Assembly (NCBI GenBank): GCA_051530055.1
Contig: CM121341.1
Coordinates: forward strand, 11,200,784 to 11,264,783
Direction of reading: 5' to 3'
DNA from: Neoechinorhynchus agilis
Lineage: Eukaryota > Animalia > Acanthocephala
Length of the DNA stretch: 64,000 nucleotides
Shown: piece after piece, positions 1-13,307 of the stretch
Layout: every line of letters starts with the position of its first letter
How positions within the stretch are numbered: the first letter of the stretch is position 1
Made by a program: the position numbers and the translations under genes
Notes under the pieces: model-generated
Database searches by the model: none
Seen by the model: the letters and a program-made list of their open reading frames with translations, nothing else
What the model was told of the DNA's origin: nothing

Positions 1-408
1 AGGGATTTTCGAGTTGTATCCACAGATTGGATACGGAGATATGTAGAAGGTGAAGTCAATGACGACGCTGATTGGATTTCAAAACATCGAATGTGCACCA
101 GGATTAACATACTTAAACGAGAACTGAGTCTCATTGCCTCTTCGACTAATGTTGACTATGATTTCATAAAGCGTATAAAAATAGACTGCGGTGTGTTCAG
201 AGGTATGCGGTTCGCTTCATCGTCCGTAGGTCTTAAGCCATGGATGATTGAAGTTAAGTTAAATGGTGGAGTTGTTGTAACGGACGAAGCAAAAGCGACA
301 CATATTGTGTTAGACGATGATGAAGTTTATTCTAATTTAAGGGATAATCAGACCTCAGTAACTTCAAAGTGGATTATGGAACTTACGGGTAACGGTTGTT
401 ATTCATAA
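1..408 (+). CDS. 3' part of a tandem-BRCT protein (DNA ligase IV-like C-terminus possible), partial
   Basis: Frame 1 is open from base 1 to TAA at 408. FRVVSTDWI resembles the end of one BRCT. VFRGMRF...GGVVV...ATHIVL...VTSKWI resembles a second, C-terminal BRCT. The LIG4 assignment is inferred only. Confidence 0.55.
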   Translation, partial: RDFRVVSTDWIRRYVEGEVNDDADWISKHRMCTRINILKRELSLIASSTNVDYDFIKRIKIDCGVFRGMRFASSSVGLKPWMIEVKLNGGVVVTDEAKATHIVLDDDEVYSNLRDNQTSVTSKWIMELTGNGCYS

Positions 409-761
409 TGCATAGTTCAGAGTATAAACATAAGTCAAGTATTTGACGTCTGTGAGTTCTTTGGACGGTTCAAACTTTTGAATTAAGTATATCTACAAAT
501 CGTTTACAATTACAAAATGTTGTCTAAACTTCTTGGAAGACTCAAGAAGATTCCTTTATACGTCCATTTGCACAAACCCTTATTTTTATTAATCAAAATC
601 GATATTATTAAATCTAACAATGGAAAATTAAGGCTGTGCATGTAGTAACGATAAACACGATTCGATGTGCGTGCATAAATTGCTTAAATTTCCGCGAAGA
701 AATTTAATGAAACCTTTAATCTCAGCAAATGCGATAAATGATATTGCAGGTTGAAATTGAA

Positions 762-911
762 GTAATTTATTAGGTCCTATATTTCGGCACAATATTATGT
801 TTTTTATCAAGATTATTTGTACGTTTTCTACTATTTGAGCTAAAAAACCTACAAGCAAACATGATAAAGGCACAATATTTTGCTTCCGAAATATAGGACC
901 TAATAAATTAC
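762..911. repeat. Short foldback with 26-bp perfect inverted arms
   Basis: gtaatttattaggtcctatatttcgg (762-787) is the reverse complement of 886-911. The internal tatttcggcacaatat motif matches the Penelope-like 3' end at 54439-54520. Confidence 0.8.
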
Positions 912-1471
912 CTCGATTTTTTCGCCATATAAAGGAATGAAAATTCAATCTTCAGGCAATATCAGTCACAGCGAACTTGGTTAATCTATAAAGAGTATTA
1001 TTACAAGTACAATCGTAGAAGCATCTTCTAAACACTATGAAACCTTTAATTCTATGTGCACTCAAGAGGAGGCGATTCGAAAATTCAATGGTTTCACTTA
1101 GTTTAAGATGAAAAAGCCGTTTAAAACGATGTTATTTGTTTAAAGTATAAATAGATTGATGGTACCTACGATGATAAGTTGTCGACTTCAATTTACTGAA
1201 ATTTAAATGCGGTGCACTCAGCGTTTTTGCCCATCTCCAATTTGTACTTAAAATTAGCCCATAAGCGATATTTTCAACACGTTATTTCTATTGATCCTAA
1301 GAAAACTAGAAAGATTACGTGGTTTGGATTGGCTACTTTTTTCAGCACGTAAAATAAGTAATTTTCTTGTATATCAAGGAGAACCTTGCTTTGATTAAGC
1401 GCCCAAACCAACCTGTTTCATTCAAACTTGTAAAAATCGCTATTTATACAGTCGATCGGCCAAATAGCCCA

Positions 1472-2587
1472 TCAGCACATTGTGGATCGAATGGAAGGAT
1501 TTCTACTTCTGCGACTTTGGGTCGCATCATTATTCCAACAGTAGCTTGCCTGTCGAAATGCTTCAAGATCGGTCACCTCGGAAGGATAGAAGTAGCTGTT
1601 AACTTCAAGATCGCATAGCACATCAAGTTCAGTAACATTGCACTTATTAACAAATCGATTTCGTTCCCTTACCATTTCAGCTAGTTTTTTTCTATAGATA
1701 TCTCTCTTCAATTTCGACGCCTGATTAAACTTAGCTCCGGCATACATGCTGGTTCGCCGCTCAATGACAACACGACGAGTGCTTGGTAAACGAGGGATCT
1801 TTTTTGTCTCGCTAGGAATTTCATTTGAATGCGGAGAGTAGTTTTGATAAGGAGAAACCGTATTCTTTACTTTTTGGGGCTTACGTTCATCGCTCGGCAT
1901 TTGACCAGCAACGCAAATCTTCTCGTTTTCTTCAGATGAACTATGCACTATGGACTGTTTTGCCTCGACTGAATGCCGTCTCCTGCGACATGAAGCTTGC
2001 TTCTTGAGAGATTGTGTTGCAGACTGCCTGGTCCACCATGCAATGTGCCCGTCATCTACATTCTCATTGCAACATGCTTCACTTGAACCGCATACAAACA
2101 TTTTTGGGAGAGCAGCTAAAAACCTCCGGTAACTAGACCGAAGATTTTCACGCCAGGAAGATTGACCTTTCGTCCGTAACCTGCATGTTTTTGTTCTAGT
2201 CGACAACGGAGATCGTTCGCTTGAATATCCACTCGATGTGGATATCCGATGGAAACTGTCCGATGATCGATGTCTACTGCATCGCATGGACTCTGCTTTG
2301 TATATCAAAGAACTTCGAGATCGATCAATCACATTGGGTTTATCACAGCTGCGGTCCTCGAAAATCGGAGGTCTAAAATCGAAAGCTCCCGTAGCTAATG
2401 GGGGTTTTCTCAAAAAACCTTTCGACGTACCCTGATACATACTTGGAACGTCTACGATACACGTTCCGTTTTTGAATTCCACAGACGTCCGGATGATGTT
2501 GATGATATACAATACATTCGCTCTTTTGTGCCTAATTGAGGTTTTACGTTCCATCCCACCATACGAGCCTACCTGCCGAATGGACAT
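1472..2587 (-). CDS. Hypothetical Ser/Arg-rich protein, 371 aa
   Basis: Long uninterrupted ATG-initiated ORF in AT-rich DNA. No recognisable domain. Confidence 0.55.
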   Translation of the reverse strand: MSIRQVGSYGGMERKTSIRHKRANVLYIINIIRTSVEFKNGTCIVDVPSMYQGTSKGFLRKPPLATGAFDFRPPIFEDRSCDKPNVIDRSRSSLIYKAESMRCSRHRSSDSFHRISTSSGYSSERSPLSTRTKTCRLRTKGQSSWRENLRSSYRRFLAALPKMFVCGSSEACCNENVDDGHIAWWTRQSATQSLKKQASCRRRRHSVEAKQSIVHSSSEENEKICVAGQMPSDERKPQKVKNTVSPYQNYSPHSNEIPSETKKIPRLPSTRRVVIERRTSMYAGAKFNQASKLKRDIYRKKLAEMVRERNRFVNKCNVTELDVLCDLEVNSYFYPSEVTDLEAFRQASYCWNNDATQSRRSRNPSIRSTMC

Positions 2588-5500
2588 TTTATTGCAGATG
2601 GATTCAATAACTCAAAGTCTACAAGAAGGTGCGATGAAGGCAGACCAGTTGCTTATGGCAGGCATTGCAAGAGACAATTTATATCATAGAATAAGTAATG
2701 ATTATCGCATGTCCGACAATGGCTCTCTCTCTGTCACATACACGGGAGGAAAAGTTCGGTATCTCACCGAGAGATATGGTAGGTTTGTCGCCACTTCTGC
2801 CATTGCAAAAACCTTAACCTCCTCCGTTTTCTGCCAAAGTGGTCCTTTCGAATATTTACGCACTTTCATTTAACCTCAACGGAAAAATGAGGCTATTGTT
2901 CTGCACCATGAAGAAGGTAAGGGAAATTTAGGACACATGACTGGTTCCTGAAAGACGCGAGTGAAGCGGTTCATGGGCTTCAAATAAATAGATAGAAAGC
3001 GAATATTTCAAGGATAATTGTAGGTGGGATCCCAACCGTGAATATTTGGCATTTTTCGTAGTACGCAAATCCTAAACATCGCAGATGATACCGACAATAT
3101 TGCTGGGCTGGAGGATGTCATAACTAAAACTACCTACGGAAATGAACTCATTGTCAAAACGAAACTGAACGACGATCTATTTTTTGATTAATGGTCGTAG
3201 CATCAGTGTACTTTGCTGCAAAGATTTAGGCACCGTGTTCCAGTCAGTCTAAATGGCAATATTATAGTCGAGATAGATATGCGTATGCGAGATGGTTATT
3301 GATAGATGCAGGCACCCAACAAATGAGAGCGGACAATAGTGATGAAGTCGACAACGAAAATATCGTGAGTGATGCATTGTTGATCATAAACGTTCGTCAA
3401 GTTTTATGTTAGATGTTAGTTAAGCAAAACTAATCCCGTTTTCCTTTTAAGTGCCATCCTAAGACGACTTCATTAAGATCGACCTGCAACAACGGGTTAT
3501 CTTCCCTAGAAGTGAGAGCACTCAAACCTCGTTAGTTAGGCATGTCAACCGTCCGTACAATGCCTTCTGAGACGCAATAGCAGCAGGTGACAGCGTCATG
3601 GAGGGAATCCTTCAGTGTTGTTGGCTACTAGTCATGTATGGCCGCAGTAATGGTCACATCGATGGATGAAGAGGTCCATTAAAAAAGCAAGCGCTTTCGT
3701 TATCTAGAAAATTAACCAATTAGATGAAAATACTTTGTAATGACCGCAAAAATTTAATACGCGAATCCCGTTACACCTTGATTCATACTTTCCTTGCAAT
3801 GTCATTTGAAGGATTTAGGAGTTGGGAATACCTTTTGCGTCTAAAGTCTTTAGCTTACTATACTCTGAACTGCAAAATAATGCAGAGTAGCCATTGAGGT
3901 TTTATGATCATCAGCTAGCACCGGACTCGCAATGCCAGCAAACATCGAGGTGGAACGACGAAATATGACGGTGTTGTGTGACAAAGAGTTCTGATATTCA
4001 GTTGAATTCAGTCAGCATCTATTTCTGAAAGGCGAAACATTTAGTACTGCTCGGAACTCAATGTCGGTCTTGGACTTTTGGGTTTTCATTTTGAAAGTAT
4101 TACGAATGTATACTCCAGCAGCGCAATTTTGCGACAGCAGCTAAAACCTAAATGATAGATTTTGACAAAAACAATCGGTGCCATCCAAGACAGTAAGCGA
4201 AATGTTACACAATCACTTATATTACTTTTCTATTTTCATCCGCAAATGTCCAAATTCGCGAAGAGCCGTAAAATGGAATATAAAACAGTGTCATCGTTTT
4301 TATAAAATCAAATAAAAAATTCTCACATTGTTTCAGATTATTTATTGGCAGAAACACTTGCTTTTAGAATTTCTAGTATGAGAATCGCATTGACTCTATT
4401 GTTAATTAGAGAGCGTAAAGGTAGATGAAAAGAGTAAAAAAATCTTAATCAATATTCATAGACATGCACATTAATTTTTTAAACGAATTCAGCAACAACC
4501 AGTTGCGCATTTCTAGTCTTGTCGAAAACGTTTATCGAATTTCCTCTTCGAGGTAAGCAGATAGGACTAGAAAAGACAACTGCAGTGACCTACTGTTTAA
4601 CTTTAGAAAACGAGGAGAGTCACAATTAAACCATTTCCCACTTCGCTAACATGACATTAGACCTCAAAGTTTCTCCATTCCACTAGTTCTTAGTAAAAGT
4701 GCCGCTACGACGACAATTCCACACCCCAACATAGTACAGGATGGAACACGCTTTTCAGACCCAAATTAAGTGCATTTCTTAAAGTTGATTTGATGGATGT
4801 AGTTTTGTCTTTTAATCCTTATCTCAATAACCCTTGGCTCGTACGAAAACCTAGGCTTACTAACCAGCGTTGCCAATCGCTTTTCGGACAATTTAACATT
4901 TTCATTGACATTTATTTTGAAAGGTTTTTGCCCGTGACTAAAATCCAACGGGGGGAACATAATTCCTAAAAATTGCATTCACAGCTTTCTCCACCAATTG
5001 ACTTTCAGGTTTATCTTGATTCAATATATAAAAATTTGATTTCAGTCTTAAATTTCATTCACATGATTTTCGATGACTTGAAACGGTTTGCTATCCGAAT
5101 CCAGTTTTTAAAATAAAAAAGTTGATCGTATTGTTGCACAACGTCCCTTATGAAAGATATGACATTCGTAGATAAATTGTCTTAGACTGAACTCATGCAA
5201 ATATGAAATCACTTGTTCGCCCAAGCGATGATATTATGTGTTGATATTCGAAAAGCAAATTTTGAGATGGTGACTTCTGTTGATCAAGTGCTTTTTAAGC
5301 ATTAATTGCAAAATGATCTATTTTTAAAAAGCCCCGCAAAAGTTACGATACTTTTCCTTTGCGAAAAATCTTTCTTTTAATACTTGGAATGAATCAATTG
5401 ATGCCAAATAAATTTCATCACTCTTCCTGCGATGAAGCCTTTTTCTCTTGCTTACTTTATCACTTCGAATTCTTTTTTCAGCTTCAATGGAAACGCCACT

Positions 5501-5987
5501 ATAAACCTCAATATATTGCTTTAGACGCCTTTGAGGGAGGGGCTGTATCTCATGTGATTTTATTTCCACACCATTGACTAACATACAATAATAGTCTGCA
5601 GATTTGTCGACGGTGCATTACCTAGAGAATGAAATAAAGTAAATCTTGGGATCATAACTCTATTTACGAATCACGCTTGGCTGTACAGTAGTAACATTGT
5701 CTTCTTTAAAGATCAACAGGAACAAACTCACCGACTCAGCTCTTTTTGAATGCGCAAAATGGATTTGTAAATGATTATAGTCAATTCGACTACACTCTTT
5801 TTTCGCTACAAGCATTCTTAGTAAACAAAAATTATTGTTTACAGATTTTCAAGTGTGTTCTAATTCTGTTAGCCGTTGGCAATTTTCTAATGACACTATT
5901 TGTGTCAAGATTGCCCACCACTTGCTCAGATTCTTAGTTAGAAATCCAACGAAGCAAAGCTTTTGATAATACAATAGAAAAGAGGAA

Positions 5988-8299
5988 TCAATATTTTTGT
6001 CTATAGCAATTTTCTTTTCTGATCGCTCCCGAAGCCGACATTGTATCGGCTAACGTTAGTTTGGCTCCAAGACTCGTTAGGTCAGGCAGGGGTGGGAAAC
6101 CAGCAGTGACCGAAGTTGTCATTTCATCGGACATACTAGAAGACGATTGTGATCTCAAATCAACACTGGCTGCTTTGATGATTCTCGTGTCTTTGAGCAG
6201 TCTAACCGGTGAAGAGATTGAAGTAGGAGTTGTGTTAATATGTGGCGAAAGTGTGTGCTTGTTAGACCGGAGCCATTTTGGTGTAAGGGAGAGTTTCTTC
6301 TTTGTGTGTTGTTGACTGCAACTTGTGGGTAGTATCCGCACGGAAGCGGTTTTGGTTTTGTGGGCTAGATCATCGCTACCCTCCGAAAAATCATCATCTT
6401 CCAATTCCTTACCAATAAAGGAATTCGCTTGAGAAGTAATGATAGATCTCGTTAAAGGTGCACTATTGCACGAGTAGCTCGATTCAGACATGGACTCATT
6501 AGAATAGTCAATCGGGTTTGAATTTATCATCGAATTTCGGTTTCGACTCGTCGATCTGGAACTTAGTCGTTCATCAAGCGCTCTCATAACCTCATCGTAG
6601 AAAGACGGACCGAAATCAATGAACGAATCTTCCTGTGTAGAGCTTGATTTGTTTTCGTGAGTGGAAACCTGTATACTGACCATTGAACAAATCGAATTGT
6701 TCTTATCGGTACTACTGCAAAAAGAAGGACTTATCTTACCGGCCAAGGACTCTCTCTTGCTTTTCACGCGCATTGAGTCGTTTCTGCAATCTAGTTTAGC
6801 CAAGGAAATTTTCTTTTATAGGTTGAACGTGAAACAAAAACGATTGGCAAAAAACGGCACTTAACACAAAACATGGCGAGACGGAGTAAATCAAAGAACT
6901 TGGTTCTTTGTGGACTTGTAAGGATTCCTCCTAGAGAGAGGTAATGTCGAATATTCATGTCTCGACGTTCTTTATTTCCCGCTGATACCGAGCATATTGT
7001 TCTCGCTATATATAAATACTTTCGACAGATCACTTTTTCATTCCAAACCTGTCGTGATCTTCAAATAAGAAATCTTCTAGCTGTCACTTAGTTTCAAATG
7101 CCACGGGGGAGGGCACGATTAGAGAGCACGATGAGGGCTCTAAATCGAATGTCACGACGACACAGAAGCAATTATTCCTGGTACCTCGGTCCACATTCGT
7201 GTTAGGATGATCGTCTACTTATTTCTTTATACCTAATGGTCGCGAGGGAAAATACGACGGCTTATGTGTCCTAAAATCCTAGCAAATGCCGTATGACTTT
7301 TAGTCTACTGGATGCTAACGAAATGTGCAACGATTATACACTCAATGTATGTTTGATGAATTTACAATAAGATCCGAGTACTTTCCGCAAGGGGTATTTG
7401 AAGGTAACAAGGGTTAAATAGGCTCGACGTCCTTAATCATTAGAAATTTGCACTGGAAGATCCGAACACTGTTAGGACCTTATACGTGAAGCTTAATGCT
7501 ACAACAAGGGAGGTTGGTGATTATTTAAACTTCAAAATGTTTGCGCAACTAGCTAATTTATCTGCAAAGAATTTGGAGGCGGAACCGTTGATAAAGACCA
7601 GTACAAACATCTCAGCTGACTTTTCAACCGCTTTATTGAACTCGCCAAGCCTCTGCTTTTCTATTTTCGATATATTTAAATTTTCCGAGTTACGCCAATA
7701 AAACAATTTTTTAAATTTAAGTTTGATGTTAGTACATAGTAAAATTGCAGATAATTTATGCCTAAATTTTTACGCATATCGATAAAAAATTAATAAAGTA
7801 TCACCGTAAACATATTCATTTCGGAACAAATGAAGTTTGTGAACGTTAAAAAATAAAGAAGATTGAAGTTAATTTATATTATACACGGGGGAATAAGCTT
7901 TACAATAAGGACAAGCGAAGTGTTGACAAAAGTTTTAAAAAAACGATATTTCGAGATTTTGTGGTGGCAATTCCCTGTACATTTTCAAAAACGTATAAGC
8001 TTAGGAGACAATAGAATTGTTCCAATAAGACGTGGTTTTATAAACACATCGATAACTTTATATGAATAGGACCTACCTTTGATTGAAGCAAGCATGGTAC
8101 CACCAAGATGACTGAGATCTCCGAATGTGTCACCTAAGGGACAGTGAGAGATGCAGAAACCCAAAGTATCTCCACCTGTGACTCCGACATGCAAAGTATG
8201 GACTACGTTTCCATTCGGTAGACTGATCATATCTTTTGATAGATTATTTTTAGGTGTGCCCAGGGTACGACCCTTTATATCTCCACCAGCGCCACCCAT
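5988..8299 (-). CDS. CDC42 effector (CDC42EP/BORG-like) CRIB protein; exons 8299-8077 and 6790-5988
   Basis: Exon 1 has LSKDMISLPNGNVVHTLHVG...GDTFGDLSHL (CRIB plus BORG-type GD.FGD.S.L). Exon 2 has IDFGPSFYDEVMRALD (BORG BH3-like LGPS.LDEVL..MD). The donor aag|gtaggt and acceptor ctag|at join in phase 1. Extra internal exons are not excluded. Confidence 0.7.
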
Positions 8300-9789
8300 C
8301 AACGCAGAATCTAGAAATAGGCAAGTGCAAGAATGACCGAGTATAGTCATTATATGGACGTTATCTTGGTTGGAAAATCTTTTCTTCTCTTGGAGCAATA
8401 TCTACTTCCACTACTCTTTTTTCATAGACCCGATACCGGGACTATTGCGCAATCAGACAACTTTAAGCTGTCATGCATCGTCAAATATTTTTATTCACTT
8501 ACCTCTAAAGTTAATGAAATCCTTTGAAATTCGGCGTATCTTCTCCAAAATCACTTTGTCGTTTTCACTATAGAAAAAAAAGTGATCGATTTATTCGTTC
8601 TGTGTCGGTGTGCTTGGTGGTTATGGGTGCGCAAGTCACTTATAGTAGCACTAATATTTGCACATATTAGAAACGTTGCGACAAAGCACCGGAATGATAG
8701 TGAAGGAAAACCGGGCACTTAGCGTGTCAAGGACGAACCTTTTGTCATCTTCGATGGCGTTCGGAATTGTCTTTTTTTTCCGGTGAAGGCTGAGCCATTT
8801 TTGATTGGATATTTCCATCTTATGCTGGAGCTGTTTCTGTCAAAAAAGAAAAGGAGGTGAAGCAGTTCGTTGACCCCTGGTGTTGAGGTAACCACTTGGA
8901 AGGGTGCAACTAAACGTAAATGCACTAAAAACCACTGAGAATTAGTCTTTTGGGTTATGTAGACATATAGAGAAAAATGTAGACCAATCATGCAATCAAA
9001 TGAGCCTAGCCAAATGGTGTTCTCACGCTCGTTTGGGATTTGTTCTGTAATATAGTCAATGATGCAAATACTATCGAATCAGACTAATACAGTACGGAAA
9101 GGCATTGACTCTTCTCAGGGATAAGTTATACTTTTGATTTGATTAAGAACGCGATAGAGTGTTCGTAAGAAAGGAAGCATAACGGGTACATTTGCCTGGA
9201 CGTGGCTAGACTGGTCACGAAAAAGTATTGAATTTCCCGGTAAGTGCACTATGATAAACGGACGTGCTGTCGATTACAGACCGCTCACACTAAATATGAT
9301 TTTTCTCCTCTCAATTATTAATGGCTTCGATTCAACGATTAGTTTTCTAATTTGAAGAAAATATTATCGCATTATATTTCCTTCAAATAAGGCGTACTTA
9401 ATCACATTTACAGCAACTAACGGCTTTTTCAGGCAGCTCGGTGCCGACCACTCGTAAAGTGTTCTCTAAGGAACATAAAAACTTATTTTCAACAGCCGGC
9501 GAACGGAACATGGGCAATATCAAGGCTTTCTAAACATTTTAAGTGAACGAAACGAATTTGTAAGATTAATTTAATTGCGTATCTATTTAGCACTCTTTAA
9601 GACTGCATTTAGATTTGTCCACATTAGCGCAGATCACTTTGACGTGCTTAATCCAATCAATCTTCTATGCGTTTTCGAGACCACTTAAGCTCATCTCATT
9701 AACTGAAAGACAATTTTTCCGATTTGCGAGAATATTCAAAGCAGTAAATCGTACGTATGAAATGACCTAACTGTTGAACAACCAAACTA

Positions 9790-10137
9790 TGCAAATATTT
9801 TAGGACTTTATTAAAATAAAGTAAGTTTCAGCGTTTTATGTAACCTACCCATTGTTCTATTAATTATCTTGTGAGTTTTTAAACTTTTGCAATTTTTCAA
9901 AAGAAATTAATTACTTTAAACAGTGAAGGTGTGAAGGTCTGCGAAATGTTTGCTATCAAGAGTTGCAAATATTTTAGGACTTTATTAAAATAAAGTAAGT
10001 TTCAGCGTTTTATGTAACCTACCCATTGTTCTATTAATTATCTTGTGAGTTTTTAAACTTTTGCAATTTTTCAAAAAAAATTAATTACTTTAAACAGTGA
10101 AGGTGTGAAGGTCTGCGAAATGTTTGCTATCAAGAGT
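9790..10137. repeat. Tandem duplication, 2 x 174 bp
   Basis: 9790-9963 and 9964-10137 are identical apart from one substitution (tcaaaagaaa vs tcaaaaaaaa). Confidence 0.95.
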
Positions 10138-11147
10138 ATCTCATCATATTCCGGATCCAAAGAGATTAGATTCGATCTTTCAATAATCGGCCTAAAGTTT
10201 CTACAAACAAGATAGTGCTTAAATGCAATGAAAACCGGTAATTGGGCGTAAAGAGTGTATCCGTTTCGAGAAGGTGTTTCCCTGTCGTGTCGGCTCATTA
10301 AAAAAACATTCAAATGGGCTCTTGATATGCCAAAGTTTCATGTGGACTATTTTATTTACGGGTCACTGTGAGTCATGTTGAATCCCGTGCTCTCTTGCGA
10401 AAAAGAACTTCAAAATAAAGTAAATTTTGTCTAAAATTTCTAATACGATGAACTCCCCTTATCATTAAGTAATATCAATGAAGGCTTAACTTCTCCAAAA
10501 ACAAAAACGGAATATCTCGCATTCTCTCGATGGAATACTCTAGGGTCAGTCGAGTGTTCCGTGAGGCGAATACACAGAATCAATGAAGACCACCAAAATT
10601 CTCCGTACTATAAAAGGCTCGCTCTTGGAAATGCCTCTTTTATAAATTCAAAAAGTTGCGTTCGTCTTCTTAAATAGATTTTTCGGTCCGACCACCATAC
10701 ATTATTTTGACATGAACTTCAAGTCATGCCGTAATTTACTATAGCACTGCATACGAGAGATCTTTAAATGGGAGACCTACTTTGCGTCGTTCATAAAGTT
10801 CATTAAGAAAAACCAGCAGTTGTGTAATATCCATTTGAAAGTCTGATGTCGGAACTGACTGGTCTGTGTTTCGGGTTCTCTTAACAACTCGCATTGATCT
10901 AGTAGTTACCTTTGCCCATTAGCATTATAGGTGCCTCCATGTCGGAGACCTTAATAACACCTCCAGTCTCAAAGCACTCTTGTATAACTACTGACTTTAT
11001 CGCCGAAATAGGAAAGCCAATCGTGCAAACCAAGTGCAAATGTCATTTTGGTTTAAGGTCAGACATGTTTGTAGAGGAATGGGATCGAGAGTCGTGAGGG
11101 TGAATGCTGATTACTTGCTAATGTCAAAAACGAGAATGGGTTTAATA

Positions 11148-12850
11148 CTAGGATTGGAAAGTGGGTAGCGAACTAGGACTGGAAAGTGAGTACTTTAGAA
11201 CGAAGAAAATCGTTAAAAAATAGGAAAATATTTCTTTTGTTCGTATGATTTATCATTATATGACATAAAGACCTTATCGAATGTCCGCCTCGAAATTTAT
11301 AAAAACTTATTTTAGCGACCGATTCAGTGCTGAAAGCTACTCGAGATACTTTAAACATTCGGTTCTTAATTCTAAACAAAAAGAAATAGTAACATAGAAA
11401 TGTATAAATTTTTTGATGCAATGTGCGATTTGGCATAAAAATTCCAAGATAATTTGCGAACTAGGATTGGAAAGTGAGTACCTTAGAACGACGAAAATCG
11501 TTCAAAAGTAGGAATATATCTTTTTCGGCCGTATGATTTATCATTATATGACATATAGACCTCATCGAATGTCCTCGAAATTTATAAAGATTTATTTTAG
11601 CGACCGAATCAGTGCTGAAAGCTACTCGAGATACTTTAAATATTCGGTTCTCAATTCTAAACAAAAAGAAATAATAAAATAGAAATGTATACATTTGTAA
11701 ATGGAATGTGCGATTTGGCATAAAAACTCCAAGACAATTTGTGAACTAGAATTGGAAAGTGAGTACTTTTAAACGAAGAAATTCGTTTAAAATTAGGAAT
11801 ATATCTATTTTGTTCGTATAATTTATCGGTATATGACATATAGACCTTATCGAATGTCCGTTTCAAAATTTATGAAGATTTATTTTGGCGACCGATTCAG
11901 TGCTGAAAGCGACTCGAGATACTTTAAACATTCGGTTCTTAATTCTAAACAAAAAGAAATGGTAACATAGAAATGTATAAATTTTTTAATGCAATGTGCG
12001 ATTTGGCATAAAAATTCCAAGATAATTTGCGAACTAGAATTGGAAATTGAATACTTTAGAACGAAGAAAATCGTTCAAAAGTAGGAATATATCATTTTTG
12101 CTCGTATGATTTATCATTATATGACATATAGACTTTATCGAATGTCTTTCTCGAAATTTATAAAGATTTATTTTAGCGACCGATTGAGTGTTGAAAGCTT
12201 TTGAAGAAAATTTAAATATTCGGTTCTCAATTCTAAACAAAATAAATGGTAACACAGAAATGCATAAATTTGTTGATGCAATGTGCGATTTGGCATAAAA
12301 ATTCCAAGATAATTTGCGAACTAGAATTGGAAATTGAATACTTTAGAACGAAGAAAATCGTTCAAAAGTAGGAATATATTATTTTTGCTCGTATGATTTA
12401 TCATTATATGACATATAGACTTTATCGAATGTCTTTCTCGAAATTTATAAAGATTTATTTTAGCGACCGATTGAGTGTTGAAAGCTTTTGAAGAAAATTT
12501 AAATATTCGGTTCGCAATTCTAAACAAAATAAATGGTAACATAGAAATGCATAAATTTGTTAATGCAATGTGCGATTTGGCATAAAAATTCCAAGATAAT
12601 TTGCGAACTAGGACTGGAAAGTGAGTACTTTAGAACGAAGAAAATCGTTCAAAAGTAGGAATACATCTTTTTCGTTCGTATGATTTGTCATTATATGACA
12701 TATAGACGTTATCGAATGTCTTTCTCGAAATTTATAGATTCATTTTAGCGACCGATTGGGTGTTGAAAGCTACTCGAGATACTTTAAACATTCGGTTCTA
12801 AATTCTCAAAAAAAAGAATTGGTAACATATAAACGTGTAAATTTGTTGAA
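11148..12850. repeat. Satellite array, about 6 units of 285-288 bp
   Basis: The anchor aactagRaYtggaaa recurs at 11171, 11459, 11744, 12032, 12319 and 12606. Units 4 and 5 are nearly identical. Confidence 0.95.
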
Positions 12851-12917
12851 GGTGTTTTTTAATTGGGGATAAAGATTCCACGGTAATTGTTATTGTTCAA
12901 TTTAATAAGGAAAAGTT

Positions 12918-13253
12918 TTAAAGCGGATAAACTTTGCTCCTCCAGTGTGGATTGCTAAACCACTGTACGAGCATGCCCATGAGCAAGCGAGAGACGCTAG
13001 ATATTGAATCTATGGCCTCCAAAATGCGAGTTAAAATTAGAATGCGAAAATGTAAGTTTAGTTTAAACCTCGATAGATGCGAATTGGACAGCATGGTATA
13101 GAACGTTTCATGATCAAATAAAAAATGAAAAGCGGTCATGAGACGTCTATCTTTCTCTGGATATGCATTATAGCTCCAGAAATCACTATTCAAACCATTA
13201 ATAAACTGCTGATCCATATAGGTAACCGTGTTTTCATCTCGCCTAACCATCAA
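12918..13253 (-). CDS. Possible small ORF (111 aa) just downstream of the KCNQ gene; may be 3' UTR
   Basis: Open frame only; no recognisable motif. Confidence 0.2.
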   Translation of the reverse strand: MMVRRDENTVTYMDQQFINGLNSDFWSYNAYPEKDRRLMTAFHFLFDHETFYTMLSNSHLSRFKLNLHFRILILTRILEAIDSISSVSRLLMGMLVQWFSNPHWRSKVYPL

Positions 13254-13307
13254 CCTTCCTCATCACCTACACGAATAATGCAGTCTTGTTTTTGAAAGTA
13301 GTTTTAG

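Noticed and set aside
2472-2873. 133-aa plus-strand ORF
   Set aside because: It partly overlaps the 371-aa minus-strand ORF and has no motif; probably a shadow ORF.
4501-4582. Short imperfect inverted repeat
   Set aside because: Only about 17 bp with mismatches; compatible with chance in AT-rich DNA.
11173-12542. Repeated 73-87 aa ORFs
   Set aside because: Products of the 288-bp satellite; no domain features.
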